This document shows positions 25,486 through 38,300 of a stretch of 64,000 bases of DNA, one piece after another. Every line of letters begins with the position of its first letter. Position 1 is the stretch's first letter. Both the position numbers and the translations under genes were made by a program. The stretch comes from Hydrolagus affinis (taxonomy: Eukaryota). The notes under the pieces were generated by a model. It was not told where the DNA came from and ran no database searches. It saw nothing but the letters and a program-made list of their open reading frames with translations. Location: the NCBI GenBank assembly GCA_012026655.1, contig JAAILG010000520.1:1-64000 (forward strand), in the 5' to 3' direction.

Positions 25486-27005
25486 GGGCATTCAGCCCAT
25501 TGAACTTAAATTGCACATTGACTTTATGGTTCCTCTCACCAGTCAGAGCCTTGTAAACTGTGTTCTGCATGACATATACTTCACAAGTTCAAGTTCAAAA
25601 ACACAGAGGCTTCTGCATGATCTATCTTGGTGATTAGCTCCCCTTTACTGCTCCAATATTCGTGGCATTTCAACCATACAGTTTGCTACGTTTTCAAAAC
25701 TTTTTGTCACTTTTTATCCAGCTTTTTGGTTCTCCTGCATCATCTTTGTTGCAGTCTATGAATCGTTTGTTCCCAGGCTTTTGTCAAGGTAATCGTAACA
25801 CAACTCAGGGTGACTTTCCCTTCCACTCCCACTCTCCTCAATACGGGTGAGAGCAGGAACTTGCTGTGAGAAAAGCTGAAACAAGTGTTATCTTGTCAAC
25901 TCATGATAAAGGAGATTGGGGCATAAACTTAAATTGTTGCAGGGATTTACTGCAACCACTTATAGGTGAAATGTTCCACTGAGCCTCCTCGCCTATTTAG
26001 TGCTTTCCATTCAACTTCTTGGGGAAATCAGCACAGGGAAATAATTATGGGACAAAGTAGAAGGGCCTTCTATACCTGAACTGATTGCGTGCTTCTGGTG
26101 AGAGAATGTGTGTACCATTCGAAACATGGCAATTTTCCACATGTAGGTGGCATATACATGTGGAACTATGATTTATCAGATTTAGCATTCAACCTATGAC
26201 GTTTTCTCGTTTAGTTTTCTCCAGATTAAAAAAGGAACAGCCTCAGGAAGACTATTGAATAGTTGCCGAAGGTGAGAGGATAATATTCAAAAGGGAAAAA
26301 CATAGAGGAATGGACAGGGAGAAAATAAGGTTTAGCACAGTTGCCTCGAATGGAGCAGCTGAAACCAATGCTGTTCAATGGGTCTAGTGATCTCCCTTAA
26401 ATCTATGATTCTATTCTGATCTATAAAAATCAGACCAACACTTGAGAACATGTAATCTTTAGTGAACACTGCTTTACTCTTTCAGTTTGTTGTTGAAATC
26501 CTCTAACAGCACTGGAAAGCTAATTGTACCCCGCGGGAATATATAGTACTTACAACAAATGCTAGAACTGCCACTCGATCCCAGTGTTAATTTGGGGTTC
26601 ATGGCTTTCCAATCTTGAAAATGTAATGGGCCATTTGGCAGCAAGGATCTTTAATGCTAGGTGGAGGTGCTCCAAGGGTTAAAAAGAACTTCGGAATAAG
26701 GAACAAATGCAAACTGAAATATTGAAATCCTCTCGGTCATATGAAACTCTGCTTGGTATGCAAATACACTAGAGCTGTACAGCCTCTGGCACTTTCCCAT
26801 GCTCTGAACAAAATGACTGCAGGGGCCTGACATTCCTGGGTTCACTATTTTTAGTGAAAATATAGATGTGGATAAACAAGGGTGGAATGTCAGCAGATCT
26901 CACCAATGGTTGAGTCGCCTTGCTTTACGCTACTCTCAGTATCCGTCTCCCTTAGAAACTAGAGCAGGATTCTACAGTGAGAAAAGAAGCAGAAAGCCAC
27001 AGGAA

Positions 27006-27214
27006 GGCCTGAAATTTCTCCTATTCATGGTCTCTCTTAGCTTTAAATTTGATGTTTAAAAACCTAGAGAATTATGAAAAATTCTTAAATTTGGTCATAA
27101 TTTGAAAGAAATTTAAAAGAAATGGCTTCCAAATTAAGAATTTTCTAAAAATCTGCTCCATATTAATTTAAGGCATAATGGCCTTGAGGCTAAGATGAGG
27201 AAGAATTTTATGCT
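27006..27214. mobile_element. Palindromic MITE, copy 1 (homologous to 40510-40743)
   Basis: Starts ggcctgaaatttc; internal inverted aaattcttaaatt / aattaagaatttt; shared caaattaagaattttcta and aggct.ag.tgagg. Confidence 0.65.
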
Positions 27215-27360
27215 TGGTAGAACGACATCAAGAAAGAACTCGTCAGGAATTATGCATTGAAGTCAACAAGTCAAAATTGTGGGCGGGCCTATGAACAATA
27301 CTGTCTAATAAAAATAACCCTTCATTTGATATAGCACTTTTCAAATCTTCTAGACCTCCC

Positions 27361-27850
27361 ATAGGCTGTGTAAACTTGGATTCTATTCCCGTGAGTTTAG
27401 AAGGTAGAGGAGTGATTTAATTGAGGTGTTTAAGATGATAAATAGGGTAGATACAGAGAAACTATTTCCTCTGGTGGGAAAATCCAAATTCAGGGGGCAT
27501 AGTCTTAAAATTAGAACGAGGCCATTTAAGAGTGAAATCAGGAAGCATTTTTTCGCTCAAAGGGTAGTGGAAATCTGGAATTCTTTCCCCCAAAAGGTCA
27601 TTGATGCTGGATCCATCCCACCTTCAAGAGTGATGTTGACAGATTTTTGGCAGGTCAGGTTATTAAGGAATATGAGGAGAAAGCGGAGCCTTGGGACATC
27701 CTCCTGATGTGAAAAGTACTATGCAAGTGTAATTTTTGTTGTTGTTAGAATTAAATGGATTACCTGAGGTACAGATCAGCCATGATCTAATTAAACGGTG
27801 AAACAGACTCGAAGGGCTGAATAGCCTACTCCTGTTTCTATGTTGCTATG
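27361..27850 (+). mobile_element. CR1 (HER1-like) 3' end, split by an L2 tail
   Basis: ORF 27426..27707 FKMINRVDTEKLFPLVG..RGHSLKI..KHFFAQRVVEIWNS; 3' UTR agatcagccatgatct..gcctactcctgtttctatgtt. Confidence 0.92.
27688..27746 (+). mobile_element. L2 3' end nested in the CR1
   Basis: gccttgggacatcctcctgatgtgaaaag..tgtaatttttgttgttgtt lies between the CR1 ORF2 end and its 3' UTR. Confidence 0.85.
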
Positions 27851-28611
27851 GAATGATTAGCCTTACATTTATGGTTTGGTCATTTGTTAATACAGCATTT
27901 GCAGAAGCATCATTCTCATCCATTGTGAGGTTGAATTGATAACATTGTGTTTATATGGAACTGTATGTTGAGGGAACCAAGATAGTCTGGTAACAGGAGG
28001 ATCCAGTGTCAGAGAAAGTGAGGAAGGGAAGGTTGGCTTATATTAATCATCATTTTCTAAGTCTGTGACATGCTTAAATAAGAGATCTTCAATTTACAGT
28101 GTTGCGAAATGTGAACCCTGTTATTAAACAAGAGGGAGTGGGTAACTGGATTGTGGGGTCTTTTTCTTTAAACTCAGTATTAAATTCCATTAATCTTGTC
28201 ATCATGATATACAATTGTGATCTTTCCAAATTACCGTACTGTGAAAAGAATCATATTGCAACATACTTGCATGTCTGGATCACTATTTGATTGGTAAATG
28301 AACTCCCACTGGTTATTAAATTGATTGATCTTGGCACCATACGATTACAATGGGATTTCCCATGTTAAACACACTCTGCCATGGCCAATAACTTTGCTGA
28401 TAAACAGCAAGAAATACCTGGTTGACAATCTTCCCAGGAAGAAGAGACTAACTCCTTTATACCTTACAGAGTTTATTCAAATGAATATTGTAAATTAAGA
28501 AAAGGCTGTAAATTATCTGCTTTTATTCTACTTGGGCTGTGAATAAACTTCATGGCACTATTGGCTATTGTGTGCCATGTCTGCTGGCCCAGAAGAATGT
28601 GTTTGTGTGTG

Positions 28612-28859
28612 TTGGAATTCCATCTTCCAATCCCTCCGTCTCGTTTCTTCCCTTTCCTCTTTCAAGGCCGCTTTGAAGACTTTCCTCTTCGACCGTGCCT
28701 TTTGTTCCACCCCGAATTTTTCAACCTCCCCTACGTGTTTCACCCCTTCCCAAACACTCCCCTCCCAGCTCAGGTCACACGCCTCCTGTACAGCGCCTTG
28801 GGACGTCCTCCCGACGTGAAAGGCGCTCTATAAGTGTAATTTGTTGTTGTTGTTGTTGT
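28612..28859 (+). mobile_element. L2 LINE 3' end with (TTG)n tail
   Basis: WNSIFQSLRLVSSLSSFKAALKTFLFDRAF; CpG-intact tail cagcgccttgggacgtcctcccgacgtgaaaggcgctcta. Confidence 0.92.
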
Positions 28860-30353
28860 GCAAATCCCACTGAAACAAAGTGACAGATTACTACTTCAGT
28901 CCTTCTGCCAATGTGGATTTCCCCTGAAAAGCTATTTCAAACTTCAAAGGGTTAATAGAAACTTGGCAAACTCATTGTTGAGGTTTTGAATAGAATAAAT
29001 ATGCCACTGAAATGTTGCCCTCTAACCACTGGGTCTTGCAAATTTGAATACAGTACAACTGTCAGGCACTTTAATGTCCATATGCTATTCATCAATTTTC
29101 TATACTGTAAAGCAGCTTCCCCACCCAACGCCGACTAAAAATGCCTTTGGCGATGTAACTATTGAAAGTGGTAGCTGCATGCTTTATGTAGAACATGTTT
29201 TTGAGTTCATATTCCACGTGACCAGAACAGTCGCACTCTGAAATGGGGGTCTGACAGGTAATTGATTTTTTTTTAAAAGGGAGGTTCAGTAACGGGGAGG
29301 AAGGGGCTTAGACGAAAGGAAGGGCTACACACAGTAATGCTTTCTGCAATTCAAAAATGCTAAGTTTACAGCGAAATCCCGTTTTCAGAAATTTGCCGAC
29401 TGAGAATCATGTCACTTAAAGTTGGGGCCTTGTTGGTAAACCAACCGCTCTTCAAACAAAACTTTCATGTGAACCTCCATTCAAATACACCTTCCAAGTT
29501 GCAAAACCGAGTGGCGATTAAACCAGGACATTTCAGTGGCATATTTATTCTATTCAAAACCTCAGCCATTGTATTTGTAAAATTCCTTTGAAGCTGTGCA
29601 AGTTAAGCACTGATGGGATCACCTGGAGCGGACACCATTACTATGTCAAAAGCTCTTGCCAATTCCCTGTCAAACATTTTATTTCTAACGACAATAATCT
29701 TTGCATTTGCTACAGCACCTACAACATTGAAACATCTTAAAATGTTTCAGCTTATTGGTACTAAAGTATGGTATAAACCTAAGGAAATCCTGATACAACG
29801 ATAATTCCACAAGTTAACATAACATTAAGAAATAATGATCTTCCTCCTCCCCCAAACCCCCATAATCAAAAAATATATAGTTTTCTGCTTCCGTATAAAT
29901 AAACTTCATTATCAAGTTTCAGATCATACCTGTGGTTTTTCTATAACAATACTCTGATTTGCCTGTGACCGCAGCTGGCATGAGGAAACTCACTTCTAAG
30001 AAACTAATGAGAACCAAAGAACCACAAAGCAGGCTGACAAACAACAACCAGAGGGCCAGATACCAAATAACTCAGTATCTGCTAAAGCACTGGGAGTGAT
30101 CATAAAGCTGGCAAGCAAGAGAAGACAAAATACCCAGCAAGCATTCCATTGCTGCGGTTTCTCTTGCCACTTTTCCATTTCTCTTTTCAGTTGGGATTGT
30201 TGACAGTTTATTATTATCACATTAGGATAAAGAGAGACAGCATTGGGTCATAGGGTGTACTGTCCACTATACAGCTTACACTTGGTGACTGAGACACCTG
30301 CCTTTGATAGGTGCCTCCATGACAATGTTCCATTTGAACCATCTGACATGTGT

Positions 30354-30376
30354 ACACACACACACACACACACACA
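30354..30376. repeat. (CA)n microsatellite
   Basis: Direct reading. Confidence 0.95.
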
Positions 30377-30841
30377 TCATGTGGACAAATGGACAAACAG
30401 GAAAACATATGTAAATGCACAGAAAATCTCATCATAAAGTAATAACAGCTAGAACTGGTTACCAGGAATTCGTTAAGGCAAGGGCACTGGACACATTTTA
30501 ACAAACGGCTTGTGGGTGACATCTAATGGATCAAAGGGTCTTCTTCGTTGAACTTCTCTCGATCATTAATTTCCTGCATCTCAAGAGCTAATAGCACAGA
30601 GTTTAACAAGCATGTGGCTGTGGAATTAAAATGATTAAAACATTTAAGTCGGCCCAGCCTCCATTCATTCACTATAAGGGGATTTAGTGACTTGAACAAT
30701 TCACTTTATGCCAACCACGTAACTGCAAAATATACTTATTAATGGCAGGACAGGTAGGCTGCAGATTCCATTTTGGCATTGTTTTTCCCATCTCCAAGGC
30801 TTACTTCGCTGCACATGTCAATAAAATTAACAAATAATTAT

Positions 30842-30985
30842 ACAGAACATTACAGTGCAAAAACAGGCTATTCGGCCCAACTAGTCTGTGCCGATATTTA
30901 TACTCCACATGAGTCTCCAACCCTCCTCTAGCCTTCTATTCCCTTCTCCATGTATGCATCAAGTTTTCTCTTAAATATATAGATG
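30842..30985 (-). mobile_element. CR1 3' UTR fragment
   Basis: acagtgcaaaaacaggctattcggcccaactagtctgtgccg..tactccacatgag. Confidence 0.7.
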
Positions 30986-31747
30986 AAATAGTAGCCTTTC
31001 AATGTAAACTTTGTCTTAAAAATGGTTTAGATTTCATCAACTTCATGACGTAAGGAGACAATTCATCAATTAACAGGACAGGTGATGTACAAATGTCAAT
31101 GCTCCCCCAGTAATGGGTGTACAAGATGGATGGCACAACTGAATCTGACATCAAAGTAGGTATGAATTCTCTGAGTCCCATTGACTTTAGCAGAAATATT
31201 GACTTCACTGGTGGAGCCGACTGCGAATGGATACAGAGAAAGCAACACTGACCACAGAACAAGATTTTCTACGAATTTGAAAGGCAACATGATGCTTCAC
31301 AGAAAATCCATCCATGCTATTCCGTAACCCAATCGATTGCTGTAAAAGATAACAAACCTTGGATGCCTGAGGGTATAAACCAACTTCCCAAGTTCCATTT
31401 TGTACATTTGTTTTCCTTGTGCAATTGCTCAGAGTAGACAAAACATCACCCTTTGCACTTGGGTCAACAAGACAAATCTTCTTTTCATTAAAAACTGCTG
31501 TCTTTCTAAGGCATTTTTTGGTGGGGGAGCGTGCACGGTTCCCAGAACAGCTGCTCTCCAAACTCTGTCAGTCTCGGCGATGCCACGCTGAGAGTCAGGG
31601 AGATGCCACACTGAGATATTTGGGATTTGGAGCCTACCAATGGAACATTGACAGGAACTCTATACTCAGCTCAGTCGGGATAAATGAATCCCATCATGTA
31701 AAAAGTGGATTTATTGAATTACAAATGATCCAACCTTTCCAGCTTTA

Positions 31748-32170
31748 GGTGTCAGCCTGGCTCAGTTGGTCAGACTTGCACCTCAGAGTAAGAAGTTGAG
31801 ACATTGATACTTTGAACTCATATAGTCTAAGCAGAGCATCCATTGCAGTGCTGCGTTGCCCTGCATTACTGCACTGACTAAAAAGTTGTGATACCAAGTA
31901 AATGTCTTATGAGTCTTAAAGAAATTATGATATTTTTGTTTTGTTTTTAGATAATAGGTTAGCTTCACAACTTTTTGGGTCACCCTGCACATGTCATCCT
32001 TCTGCCTCTTCAGGTGGACATTAAAGGATCCCATGGCTGTATTCAAAAATAGAATGTAGTTTCTCCCAGTGTCCTGGCCAACATTCCTCCAAATAAAATG
32101 TTGTCGTTCACTTCTTGGCTGTTTGTCAGATACATTGGCTTCTATGTTTGACTACAACAAAATACACAGT
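31748..32170 (+). mobile_element. DeuSINE (SacSINE1-type), degenerate
   Basis: Head gtcagcctggctcagttggt; Deu domain tctgcctcttcaggtggacattaaaggatcccatggc..ctcccagtgtcctggccaacatt. Confidence 0.8.
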
Positions 32171-32699
32171 CACATTTGACATAAATCCTATAACCTGCTC
32201 CTGGAATTAGAGAAGCTTTAATAAATACAATGGTTATTATAAAGTAAGACAAGCTGGATCACATGCACTGTTATTTCAATGATTCAGCCTTTGTTTGCTG
32301 CTGTAATCAAAGTATAACTCTCAGTGTGTGGCATGGGATGGTGAGAGAATAAAGGTATTGCTGGAACCAGTAAGTACTTGTCTGGGGGCAAAAGGGCTCT
32401 CTGTTTGGAACTTAGTCTAGAGACTGTGTTACAATGCCTAAATTCCTAGGACTACTTGTGCGCTATGCAACAGCAACAGAATTACATTTGTATGGTCTTT
32501 AATATAAACATCTCAAATGCAATATAATGGACTTGGATTGCTTTCCCTGGATCTACGCTGTATGATGGTTCCAATCAACGCTATATAACAATCAAGGAGC
32601 AGGAACCTGATCTGATTTTCTCTACCACAACCCAGGAATTACAAAGACAACAATAGCATTCAAACTGCTAATCCAGCTCACTCTGCGAAGAACGATGAT

Positions 32700-33003
32700 C
32701 AAGGCCAGATTAACCAACAAGATAAAGCATTGCTTAGGGTCCCAAGATCTGAGGGGGCCACCAAGGTCTGAGGGGCCCCGGCTTTGACCTTGATGACTTT
32801 ACCTCCCGGCTGTGCCTCTCTTACTCATCATTCTCTGCCATAAGGCTGGGTGGAGAGCGACAAGACGTAGGGCGGAGCTGGAGGTGTGAGAATTTAAAAC
32901 TAGTATTTTAAAAAAAGTATTGTTGCATATTTCGCATTCATAGTCTAAAGGGCTCCCAAATGCAATCTGATTTAAGTCCCCCCAATCCGTTAAGCTAGCC
33001 CTG
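32700..33003. mobile_element. Non-autonomous hAT-like DNA transposon
   Basis: TIRs caaggccagattaac and cagggctagcttaac (12/15), GGGGCCCC-type subterminal repeats; 8-bp TSD not recognisable. Confidence 0.6.
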
Positions 33004-33629
33004 CTGAGAATCAAACCTTCCATGCGAAAATCTTTACTGTTCCCAATAACTTTCCCATTAGTATCCTTCAATCAATGAAATTAAATGATAACTTTGAATT
33101 TTCATTGCACAAAGCACAAAGAGCTGAAACTCACAATAGGAATGACTGTGAGAGAATGTGTGTGGGGGGGTGGGGGAGGAGATTTTATTTTTAAGATAAG
33201 GAATAATAAAGAAAGAACCTAATGATGAAGACTCATCAAAATATTATTGTGCTAGTGCTGACAAGAGAAACTGATGTTTAAAAAAAATGCTTCATAATTC
33301 GAGAGTAATAATTGATGGCTGTTAATGGCGGTTCAATGGCAGATGTAGTCCCAGGACACTCTGCTTCCTGCTCAGCAGCACTGCAGCTGACGGCCAACAT
33401 CCGCAAGCAATGTTCTGCCTAGGTTTACAAGTTTGTTCCCACACAAAAGTAGGAAATGGCTGAGTTTTAATGCAGTATTGTCAAGATGCAAATAAATCAG
33501 AAGTTATTCTACCTATCACTCTTCAGGTCTACACCACATCAGGAAGCTGGAAAAAAACAATCCTTTGATTTAACTCTATCTCTCATGCAGAAAGGGATTT
33601 CAGGTCACTCAGGAGTTCCAATGGTGGAG

Positions 33630-33890
33630 TATTTGATTTGGCGCCTTTCACGTCATTGAGATGTCTCAAAGCGCTTCACAGGATATACTGTAAAGTGGAT
33701 TGATTAGTGTATTGTGTGAGTGAAACGCAGCAGCCATCTGTACACAGACATGTCTCGCAAACTGCTATGAAGCGAGTGACCAATTTTATTTGGGGAAATT
33801 TGGCCAGAATACCAGGAGGAACTCTCTTATCTTTTGGAATCGTGCCATGTTTAACATCCATCTGGACAGGCAGACAAGACCAGGTTTATT
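33630..33890 (-). mobile_element. DeuSINE 3' half
   Basis: Tail ctcaaagcgcttcacaggatatactgtaaagtg plus Deu block ttggccagaataccaggaggaactc..gtgccatg..acatccatctg.acaggcagac. Confidence 0.8.
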
Positions 33891-36540
33891 TTCCACTGAA
33901 TGGCCAGTGGGGAGATATCGCACCTTTGTCTAGACTCAAGACTTTTTTTCTGAGTAATGTACCAGTATTTCAGGGTCAGAATATTAAAGTCCAGTCCTAA
34001 TTAATAGTAGTTTGAGTTCAAGAACTGTGAGAAAACTTCAGTCAAGAGTGAATTTAAGAATTGTGAAATGCTTAGGTACAGTCAAATACCCCCACAGCAG
34101 AATGCCTTATGATGGGTTTAAGGCACCATACAAATGTAATTTTGTGGGTGTATGTTTTTAGCCGAGTATAACACATTAAAGTTGCAGATCACTGTGCATC
34201 AGTGGAACAAATGTTCGGTTACCAAGGAGAATAAAACTGACTGGAATTGTCTCACTTTAATATAGAGATTTAATACAGGAACCATTTAAAAAAAAGAAAA
34301 TTTTAAATGTTGGGAGTCAATAACAGGTGTTTTAAGTGAGTTCTCTTTCATTGATTTGGAAAACATGGAATACACAACCATCAGTTTCCACATTAGTTCT
34401 CTTGCCTCCCTTCCAGGGGACATTTTTAACTTTGGTATCCTTGTTAAAATGCTCCGAGACGCCACCCCATATGAAGGCCACTATTAATTGCAAGTTGCTG
34501 CTTTGCCTGAAATTTCTTGAAAACTTGTTACACATAAACAGATATGAAACAAAATGATTTTACACCGCATTCTCTTATTCCCTTCCCAAACCCAGTGAGC
34601 TCTTGCAACCACCCGTTTCCTCCTGGATCACCAGGAAGCACGTTCCAGCCTGCAGGCATTGTCAAGGATTCCAATTTGGATATCAGCCATGACAGAGCAT
34701 CAGGTGGGGACTTCCTCTCCTTTGGTCAGTTTTTCATCCTCTTTTCCCTGCATCTTTTCAGACGTTTACCTGCGGTTAGTTATGTCTCGAGAGATTAAAC
34801 GTGTTGGGTAGAGTCCAAGACAGTGTTAATTCGACACAGTCTGCTGGAAGAAATGGACTCAGTGGCCTCTTCTTATTCCATACTTTATGTTCATTCAAAT
34901 GTGAGGAAACCCATATGGGAATATCTGCTGAGGTTGAAATTTCAAATCCAGTAATCCTCCAACAGTCCAAAGCTAGTTCATTTTCTTTAGTGCTTCTTTA
35001 GATATTTCAGGTACACATGTCTAAGTGGAAATGTCTCCAGGAAAGAAATTTGGGGAAAATTTGCAAAGACAAAAAGAAACTCCGGGTAGGTATTGCATGT
35101 TAGTTCATTATTTCAATATGTGGGACTGAGAAAAATGGATTTTGCGGTCTGGGGTTGAGTGTTTGACGTCTCTAAGGAAACCAAATGATTGTGTTTATAC
35201 ACAGCTAGTTATTCAGCCTGGGTGAAGGTGTCAAACAGGAGAGGCCAAAACTGGGTAATGATCCAAATTACAAAACTACAGTACAAGCTCCGTGTTACAG
35301 AGCCCAGAGTAAAGAAACATTCTTGTGATGGCCACCCTGTGGAGAATCGAAACAAAAATGGCCATCTCGTGATATTAGGGCAATCACCCAGCATTTAAGT
35401 TCAAGTACAGAGCGGAGAAATTTGTAGAAAGGCAGAAGAAATAAAATACCATGTGATTTATCTTGGTCAACTCATATCAAACCTGACTACTTACAATTAA
35501 ATGTTGATGGAGTTTGGAACTTTTATGTGCAACCGAGCATTTAGCTTTTCAAATAAAACCTTGTCAAACAGATTGATGCTTGAGAGACTTTCTGTTAAGA
35601 GGTTCCTGTTCTGCAGTTAGTTATCAGGAGTGTGTCTGAAGTCAACAATTAGTAAATTGCAAGGCACAGTTAATGTTATGTATAGAATAATCTGGATGGA
35701 GTTTGCAGTGCAACGTCCCAGAAACTATTGCATGTAAGAAGAATTAATAGGTTTGTTTATTGGATGAAACGACTCACACACAAGCATTCAGAAAGACAAG
35801 AATCTGATCTTTTAATAATTCATTTTAGCATTTTTGGAACTGTGTTGTGACTTGGAATTTATTTAAATAAGCAATGTCATCCCTTCCACGCATGCCTATT
35901 TCAGAGTTATGGACACTCTATAGTCCAAAGAAGTCTGAAGAATTGCTGTGACTCATATTTCGCACCTTCACCTACAGACAAAGACTTCATTTGTTTGACA
36001 GATAGTTTTGTTTTCAAGTCAAAATTTTTGTGGTCCGCTCCACCATCCTGTTCACATACAGCAACAGAATGCTGCTTAGGGCCATTGCCAGGTGCACGGA
36101 GTTTACAGCTAAACTTTCAATGACTGGTGCAGCAATATACTGAGCATGGTCTGATATACAGGAGTAGTCTCTGAGCTGGATAGCATTAGATCATGTCAAG
36201 CTGCTGTTTCTTCATAAGGCAATGCACAATCTTTCCGATTATATTCAATCGTTGATTAAAGTTAATAGAATTATCTTGTGATTGAGATGGCTCCCTGAAC
36301 TCCCCCACTCCCCCACCCCTTCCTCCCTTCTACCAAACAATGCAGTCACGAGGAGAGGGTGCGAGAGAAATCTGTGAGGCCACACTAAATTAAGTTCATT
36401 AACTAGTTCTCATAGAATTACCAGTTGTCCTCTAAGGCTGAACAAAATATTGCAATAAACTTTTGTTTGTGGGCCACCAATGCACAGGTCACAATCTCCT
36501 TGGTTTTCAGCAACTGTTCGTGAGTGTACATGATCTGACT

Positions 36541-36642
36541 ATGATTTTTACCCATAAATTTTACTCACTCAGAGCAAAGTCTATGTGCAGTTAGAGGGTT
36601 GCATAAGGTGGATATTTAGATAACTTACAGTGTAAAAATCAT
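36541..36642. repeat. Short element bounded by an 11-bp inverted repeat (possible MITE)
   Basis: atgatttttac ... gtaaaaatcat. Confidence 0.4.
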
Positions 36643-37321
36643 CCAAACATCTGTAGAGCTAATGATGATACCTGCAGAGTAAAATACCACCCCGGGCTAA
36701 GATCCAAGTGAATTTTGTAGGTCTTTTTTTTGCAGGTTTAAAATGATGTATGGTTATCTGCATGCAAAATGTACAGTCATGATACTTTACAGATGTAATG
36801 CGCATTGAGCCATTGACGACATGATAAGGAGAGATATCAAATGCAAAACAAAGTTATTATAAATAATATGAATGAACTCATTAACGGATGAGTTGTGGAC
36901 CAGCATTGCTTTGTGAATTGCATAGTTTAGATTGCTTTAAACCCACTATTATTTTAAGACCTTTAAATATGGTTCAAGGCGTCCTTTTGTAAAAGTACCT
37001 AATAAGGTGGTTTGGACGGCAGATAGATATATTGTTCCTTTAACTGAAATATACTTCTATGTATCTATCTCTGTTTTTCCTACAAATTTCTTGGATTAGA
37101 CAAAAGTATTTTCATAAACTTGCATCAAATTATCCTCTACCAAGGTATCTTTTTGCACAAAGAGTAACATCCCATACATTTGTTACCAGTTTTGAGAAGG
37201 TATAGATCTGAAGGAAGTGAATTTAACAAGCCTAGCTATTCTTGATACAGTTACTAAATTCCAGAAATTATAATTTATTGGATTATTGTAGAGCAGTTTA
37301 GATTGTCAGACCTGGCAATCT

Positions 37322-37630
37322 ATAATAACAATAGTCCTTGCATTTGATATAGCACTTTGGCTTCTAGAATCTCAAAGCGCTTCACAGAAGTCTGATGAAT
37401 TTACTGTAAAGTGGATTGTGTGGGCGAAATGCAGCAGCCAATTGCACACAGCAGTATCCCACAAATAGTTGTGGATTGTGTAACAAAATTATTATTGTTT
37501 GTATTTTCTTGAGGGATTAGTATCAAATATTGAAGGAGTAAGGAAGCTTGCCCAAGGTTTCACCCTACCTGAAATCAAACCCAGGTCTCTCGCTTCTAAG
37601 ATGAGTGCTCTAACCTCTGAGCCACAATCT
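37322..37630 (-). mobile_element. tRNA-derived (ATT)n-tailed SINE, near full length
   Basis: Reverse-complement head gtggctcagaggttagagcactc..gcgagagacctgggtttgatttcagg..gaaaccttgggcaagcttccttactcc. Confidence 0.9.
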
Positions 37631-38283
37631 AGCCGTTGTCAATTGTATTCAAACTCAGTTTCGATAAGAAGGCATTTTTAAGAAAAGCTGCTTCAAGGCA
37701 AGCATCACTCATCACTAACTTGTGTGGTTCAACACAAAATCAACTCCTCACGATGTCTTAATATGAGCATTCTCCAAAACATAATATTGTAATGCAGTGG
37801 CTTTACAGTTAGATACTCTAGATGATAGATAGTTTAGAGAGGAACAGAAATGCTTTCACCCATCAAGTCTTCGCCAGCTCTCAGAGCAATGGCACAGAAA
37901 ATGAGCAGGCTGCACATGGAATGGCTCTGGGCAACATTGAGAAAGCTATGGAAAACATTACAGATGGTTTTGGGAGTAGAGATGAGGAGGAACCAACTTT
38001 CTGAGCTGTAACTGATGTTATGAAGATGTGAAGCTCACAAAGAATATAAACTAACACAAGTGACCTCCATCGCTGCTCATGGCTACCGTTTCATCCAGTT
38101 GAGTTACAACAGCCTTCACGGTTCAAATACTTCAAAGAGACTTGGTGGAGAAAGACACTTAAAATATATTTCATCAGTGTCTGTAAAAGATATAGACCTG
38201 GTGCACTTCAACGGTGTTATATTAGATGGCTGGTCACACCAATTGCCAGAAGCTTATCATGACTTCCATTCTTAAAATATTTG

Positions 38284-38300
38284 TGGTCATCTAGTGGGGT
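38284..38300 (-). promoter_or_regulatory. Possible CTCF site
   Basis: Minus strand ACCCCACTAGATGACCA, one core mismatch to CCACYAGRKGGC. Confidence 0.35.

Noticed and set aside
37822-38004. Hydrophilic 60-aa ORF
   Set aside because: Short, with no clear splice signals or recognisable family
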